From: Candidatus Latescibacterota bacterium | Lineage (GTDB): Bacteria > Latescibacterota > UBA2968 > GCA-2709665 | Direction of reading: 5' to 3' | DNA length: 64,000 nt | NCBI GenBank assembly: GCA_965219455.1 | Contig: OZ244744.1 | Coordinates: forward strand, 2,944,001-3,008,000 | Part shown: one piece after another, positions 59,254 through 64,000 of the stretch | Numbering within the stretch: position 1 is the stretch's first letter | Layout of the letters: every line of letters starts with the position of its first letter | Notes under the pieces: generated by a model | Told to the model about the DNA's origin: nothing | The model's input: only the letters and a program-made list of their open reading frames with translations | Database searches by the model: none | Program-made: the position numbers and the translations under genes

Positions 59254-59313
59254 ACACCGTCTCCTTCGTTCCGTGCCGGGCAATGGCCGAACACATCCGA
59301 TGTTCGAATCGAT

Positions 59314-60834
59314 TTACTTGAATTGCCCATGTGACCGAACCGTCGCGAAGGTATCTTTCAAGCTTTCAATTTGCCGGATGCGCACCTGTTCTATCACCAC
59401 TTTCGCCGACAATTCGGTTTTCTTCAAGAACGCGCCCGGGTACACGCCAATCCAGAACATAAGGACCACCAGCGGCGTCAGGATGAACCATTCCCGTATG
59501 GACAGGTCCGGCAGCTTTCGATTCCGTTCATCTTTCACCTCGCCCCACACCACACGCTGGAACATCCACAACATATACACTGCCGCCAGGACGACACCCG
59601 AAGCGGCAATGATGCCGAATACCTTGCTCGCCTTGAACGCTCCCAGAAGGATCAGAAATTCACCCACAAACCCGTTCAGCCCAGGAAGTCCAATGGAAGA
59701 AAGCGTCGTAATCAAAAAGAACGTGGCGAATACCGGAATGGTTTTGGCCAATCCGCCAAAATCGGAAATCAGCCGCGTATGCCGGCGCTCATATATCATC
59801 CCCACAATCAAAAACAGCGCCCCCGTTGACAGCCCGTGGTTCACCATCTGAATAATGCCACCCTGCATTCCCTGGATGTTCATCGAAAAAATACCCAGAA
59901 CCACAAAACCCAGGTGGCTCACGCTCGAGTAAGCCACCAGTTTCTTGATATCGGTCTGTACCATAGCCACCAGGGCGCCGTATACGATGCCGATCACGGA
60001 CAGTACCATGATATAAGGGGTGAAATCCAACGCGGCCATGGGGAACAATGGCAGGCAGAACCGAATCAACCCGTAGGTACCCATCTTCAGCAGAACACCC
60101 GCAAGGATCACGCTGCCCGCCGTTGGGGCCTCTACATGCGCGTCCGGCAACCAGGTATGAAACGGAAACAGCGGCACCTTGATGGCGAAACTCAGGAAAA
60201 ACGCCAGGAAGAGCCAGTGCTGTTCCGGGTGGAGATAGGTCACCTTCTGAAGAACCATGAGGTCGAAGGTGCCAAACTGCAGGCCCAGATAGACAATCGC
60301 CACGAGCATCAACAGACTGCCGGCCAGGGTAAACAGCACGAATTTCACGGCAGCATAGATCCGGCGTTCACCGCCCCAGACACCGATCAACAGATACATC
60401 GGAATCAGCATGGCCTCCCAGAACACGTAGAAGAGGAACAGATCGAGGGCGCAGAACACCCCTACCATCCCGGTTTCCAGCAGTAGCATCGAGGCCATAA
60501 ACTCCCGCACCCGGGATGTTATTGACGTCCAGGAAGCGAGAATCGCCAGAAACGTGAGCAGGGTGGTCACCATTACCAGCAACAGACTGATCCCGTCGAT
60601 TCCCACGAAATAGGAGATGCCGAACGACCCCACCCACTCCGTCCTTTCTACAAACTGCATCTCCGGGGCGCCCGCTTTGAAATTGGCATATAACAAAATG
60701 GACAGCAGCAAATTCACCAATGCCACCGCCAGAGCGAACACCCGGCTGAACCCGTCTCTGCCGCGACCGAAAAGCAGAACCAATACGCCGCCAATCAGCG
60801 GTATAAAGATCAGGCCTGTAAGGAGTCCGGGCAT
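59314..60834 (-). CDS. nuoM: NADH-quinone oxidoreductase subunit M
   Basis: FWEAMLIPMY, HTWLPDAHVEAPT, GFVGEF. Confidence 0.95.
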   Translation of the reverse strand: MPGLLTGLIFIPLIGGVLVLLFGRGRDGFSRVFALAVALVNLLLSILLYANFKAGAPEMQFVERTEWVGSFGISYFVGIDGISLLLVMVTTLLTFLAILASWTSITSRVREFMASMLLLETGMVGVFCALDLFLFYVFWEAMLIPMYLLIGVWGGERRIYAAVKFVLFTLAGSLLMLVAIVYLGLQFGTFDLMVLQKVTYLHPEQHWLFLAFFLSFAIKVPLFPFHTWLPDAHVEAPTAGSVILAGVLLKMGTYGLIRFCLPLFPMAALDFTPYIMVLSVIGIVYGALVAMVQTDIKKLVAYSSVSHLGFVVLGIFSMNIQGMQGGIIQMVNHGLSTGALFLIVGMIYERRHTRLISDFGGLAKTIPVFATFFLITTLSSIGLPGLNGFVGEFLILLGAFKASKVFGIIAASGVVLAAVYMLWMFQRVVWGEVKDERNRKLPDLSIREWFILTPLVVLMFWIGVYPGAFLKKTELSAKVVIEQVRIRQIESLKDTFATVRSHGQFK

Positions 60835-60925
60835 AGTTTCCGTTCCTTATGTCGCCCCATTGAAAAGTTGTATTCAGGGTTTCGCGGGGACCGCGACGTA
60901 GAACCCGTTCTCGCGATTCCGAATC

Positions 60926-62800
60926 TCAATTCCCTGACACATAATACAGTACCGCAACCACGCCAATCACCATCCAAAGCGCATATGTAGGCGCATTGCC
61001 CGACTGAAAGCGGGTAACGACCCAGCCCGCGCCTTTCACCAGCAGCCCGAGCCCGTTCGCGAGACCGTCCACTACAATCGCATCGAGAACACGCGACAAT
61101 GCAAGCGAAAGCAAATGAATCGGACGCACGACAAGGGCGTTGTAAATCTCGTCGACGTACCACTTGCGGGTCAGCAACCCATGAAGGGGATTCGAGGACT
61201 CCGCTCCCAGCCGACCCGCTCTGTGCATCCGGTACGCGAATCCGATTCCCAACAGGCCCGCGATGGTGGAAATACCCACCAACATGCCCCCGGACAATCC
61301 GCCGGATACCGTAGGGTGGCCCCCTCCAGCCGTATCGCTCAGGAACGCATCTATCCAACCGTGCCCCGGCGGAACGCCCACGAAACCCACCACGGCCGAA
61401 CCCAGCGCCAGTACTACAAGCGGTGCGGTCATGTTCGACGGTGACTCGTGGGCATGGTCGTACAGATGCTGATTCCGGGGTCGTCCATGGAAGGTCATAA
61501 AGATCAGCCGGAACATATAAAAAGCCGTGAGGACCGCCCCCGCAACGCCCAAAGCCCAGATTGCCACATTCCCGGAACGGTACGCACTCACCAGGATTTC
61601 ATCCTTACTCCAGAATCCGGCCAGCGGCGGAATTCCCGCGATGGCCAGCGCGCCGACCCAGAATGTGACGCCGGTCACCCGCATCTTGCCCAGCAGCCCG
61701 CCCATCTTCCGCATATCCAGTTCATCCTGCATCGCGTGCATCACACTGCCCGCGGCCAGAAACATCAATCCCTTGAAAAATGCGTGTGTGAACAGGTGGA
61801 AAATACCAGCCGTATATGCGCCAACCCCCACGCCAATGAACATGTACCCCAGCTGGCTGACCGTTGAATAGGCCAGTATCCGTTTGATGTCGGTATTCAC
61901 CAGCGCGATGGTCGCGGCCAGTAACGCCGTGACAACGCCCACCCAGGCCACCACGGCCCCAGCGGTGGGCGCGAGCGTATAGAGCACATTCGAGCGCGCC
62001 ACCATATAGACCCCCGCCGTCACCATCGTAGCCGCATGAATCAATGAACTCACGGGCGTTGGGCCTTCCATTGCATCGGGTAGCCAGACATAAAGCGGAA
62101 ACTGCGCCGACTTGCCGCAGGCTCCCACAAAAAGCAGAAGCGCAATCACGGTTGCGACCCCCGCGGGCAACATCAGGGGCGCCTTCTCGAATACTTCGGT
62201 GTACTGCACCGTGCCCAGGTAACTTACCATCAGAAAAATGCCAAGCAGGAAACCGAAATCCCCGATCCGGTTCACAATAAACGCCTTCTTGCCGGCATCG
62301 GAAGCGGACTTCCGCTCGTACCAAAAGCCGATGAGGAGATATGAACATAACCCCACGCCTTCCCACCCCACAAACATCAGCAGATAATTGTTCGCGAGCA
62401 CCAGCACCAGCATCGAAAACACAAACAGGTTGAGATAGGCAAAAAATCTGGCAAAACCCGGGTCGTTGCGCATATATCCGATCGAATACACATGGATCAG
62501 GAATGAGATTGTCGTAACCGTGACAATCATGATTGTCGACAGCTCATCGACCTGGAACCCGACAGCGGCCTTGAACGACCCCGCCGCAATCCACGCGTAC
62601 ACGTCTTCGTTCAATTCTCCGCCGCCTATAACCCAAAACAGAACCCGCAGCGACAGCACCCACGAAAGCCCCACCGCCGCGGAGCCGATATATCCTGACG
62701 CCTCTCGCAGCCTATACCCCAACAGTCCGTTAACGGCCGCACCGGCGAGCGGAAAGAGAATGATCAGAATCACTACGGTCAACATTGTAAGCCCACTCAA
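60926..62800 (-). CDS. nuoL: NADH-quinone oxidoreductase subunit L
   Basis: KSAQFPLYVWLPDAMEGPTP, GFWSKD; start 62800 (TTG) or 62785 (ATG). Confidence 0.95.
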   Translation of the reverse strand: MSGLTMLTVVILIILFPLAGAAVNGLLGYRLREASGYIGSAAVGLSWVLSLRVLFWVIGGGELNEDVYAWIAAGSFKAAVGFQVDELSTIMIVTVTTISFLIHVYSIGYMRNDPGFARFFAYLNLFVFSMLVLVLANNYLLMFVGWEGVGLCSYLLIGFWYERKSASDAGKKAFIVNRIGDFGFLLGIFLMVSYLGTVQYTEVFEKAPLMLPAGVATVIALLLFVGACGKSAQFPLYVWLPDAMEGPTPVSSLIHAATMVTAGVYMVARSNVLYTLAPTAGAVVAWVGVVTALLAATIALVNTDIKRILAYSTVSQLGYMFIGVGVGAYTAGIFHLFTHAFFKGLMFLAAGSVMHAMQDELDMRKMGGLLGKMRVTGVTFWVGALAIAGIPPLAGFWSKDEILVSAYRSGNVAIWALGVAGAVLTAFYMFRLIFMTFHGRPRNQHLYDHAHESPSNMTAPLVVLALGSAVVGFVGVPPGHGWIDAFLSDTAGGGHPTVSGGLSGGMLVGISTIAGLLGIGFAYRMHRAGRLGAESSNPLHGLLTRKWYVDEIYNALVVRPIHLLSLALSRVLDAIVVDGLANGLGLLVKGAGWVVTRFQSGNAPTYALWMVIGVVAVLYYVSGN

Positions 62801-62845
62801 TTCAAACAGATAGAAGGGGATTGCAGTAAAGAGATCACCCGGCGC

Positions 62846-63151
62846 CTACCATTTCAGCAGATTCACTTCGCCCACGTCCAATGTCTGTCTGTTCCTGTAT
62901 AGCGCGATTATAATCGCCAGCCCGACCGCCACTTCAGCAGCGGACACAGCCATCACGAAAAACACGAATACCTGGCCGGAACCCGAACCCATATACCGCG
63001 CCATTGTTACGAACAACAGATTAACCGCGTTCAGCATTAATTCGATACACATGAAGATCACGATTGCATTGCGCCGAATCAGCACGCCTGTCACGCCGAT
63101 GGCGAACAGCATCGCGCTCAGTATCAGGTAATATGAAACCGGAACGGCCAT
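62846..63151 (-). CDS. nuoK: NADH-quinone oxidoreductase subunit K
   Basis: [18 protein letters not shown]. Confidence 0.96.
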   Translation of the reverse strand: MAVPVSYYLILSAMLFAIGVTGVLIRRNAIVIFMCIELMLNAVNLLFVTMARYMGSGSGQVFVFFVMAVSAAEVAVGLAIIIALYRNRQTLDVGEVNLLKW

Positions 63152-63400
63152 CTCGATCTCACTGTTAAGAAGCTACTTAGAAAATAACATTGGAAACTAC
63201 GAAACACGCGAAAAAAACGAAAAATCCGTGGCTGAAATCAATTGCCACAAGAGGCGCAAAACCACAATGTTGCAGGTCGGCCTGGCAATGCAACGGTTTT
63301 CATCATTATGGGTGCCCCAAAAGGGGCATGACAACTGTTTTAGAATTCGACATCCGGACGAAACCCGGACGGGAACCTGCGCCCAGAATGACTATAGAGA

Positions 63401-63928
63401 CTAACGGGATTGGTTTTCTTCGCCTTCACGATCCCGTTTCACCATTGCCATCACGCCGATCAGCGCCACCAGCAGAATCATGGAAACCACCTCGAACGGA
63501 AACAGAAACCGGGTATATAACAGTTTGCCGATGGCATTGATGTTGTCTGTAAACAGCGGGGCCTCTCCGGATACCGGTGTGCCGACCCAACGCCGTCCTG
63601 CCATGAAGCCCAGTTGCGCAACCAGTACCGCCGCCAGTAACACCACGGCGGCCCGCCTGTATTTTCCCGCGACGCGCTCGAGCGCGTCGGAATGGCCCAG
63701 GTTCAGAAGCATAATCACAAACAGGAAGAGTACCATAATTGCGCCGGCATACACAATAATCTGAACCGCCGCCAGGAAATAGGCATTCAATAAAACAAAA
63801 AGCCCTGCCAGGGCAAAGAACGTAGCCACAAGAGACAGGGCGCTGTAAACCGGATTTCGAAACGCAACGAGGAGCACCGCCGCAACCAGGGCGATTGCGG
63901 CAAAAATAAAAAAGAAGGTCTGCTCCAT
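63401..63928 (-). CDS. nuoJ: NADH-quinone oxidoreductase subunit J
   Basis: NPVYSAL, VYAGAIMVLFLFVIMLL, PFE. Confidence 0.95.
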   Translation of the reverse strand: MEQTFFFIFAAIALVAAVLLVAFRNPVYSALSLVATFFALAGLFVLLNAYFLAAVQIIVYAGAIMVLFLFVIMLLNLGHSDALERVAGKYRRAAVVLLAAVLVAQLGFMAGRRWVGTPVSGEAPLFTDNINAIGKLLYTRFLFPFEVVSMILLVALIGVMAMVKRDREGEENQSR

Positions 63929-64000
63929 TCTACCTCCGGCAGAACACTCAGCTCGCAAGCGTCAAAAACAGCCCGGTTAAGAAGACGTTCAGAAGCGACA

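Overview
GC-rich bacterial chromosomal window; the heparinase/hydrolase gene load and repeat families resemble Latescibacterota/Poribacteria-type genomes (inference only). Left part (0.5-30 kb): an atypical receiver protein, a YbjN-PspA-DUF4178 operon facing a lipoprotein-DUF350-SDR-spermidine-synthase-like operon, two heparinase II/III-like lyases, cutC, decayed toxin-antitoxin genes, a triple-DUF5069 protein, a hydrolase/aminotransferase cluster, yihY and YIP1 genes. It is peppered with at least five families of non-coding repeats; one family shows covarying stems and looks like an undescribed structured RNA or MITE. Middle (30.8-41.8 kb): a type III restriction-modification locus whose mod and res genes are separated by 4.7 kb of cargo. 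The cargo is a Panacea/SocA-like gene plus a proteasome-beta-like (Thr1 Ntn) protease behind a sigma70 promoter overlapped by a LexA-box-like palindrome, two Fic proteins, and an orphan HEPN gene with a broken catalytic motif. This is the best candidate for a new system. Right part (41.9-64 kb): a nitroreductase and one long minus-strand bioenergetic run, nuoJKLM, then a 10-gene Mrp Na+/H+ antiporter cluster between nuoM and nuoN, then nuoN and a complete F1Fo ATP synthase operon. No rRNA, tRNA, CRISPR array, transposase or integrase was recognised.
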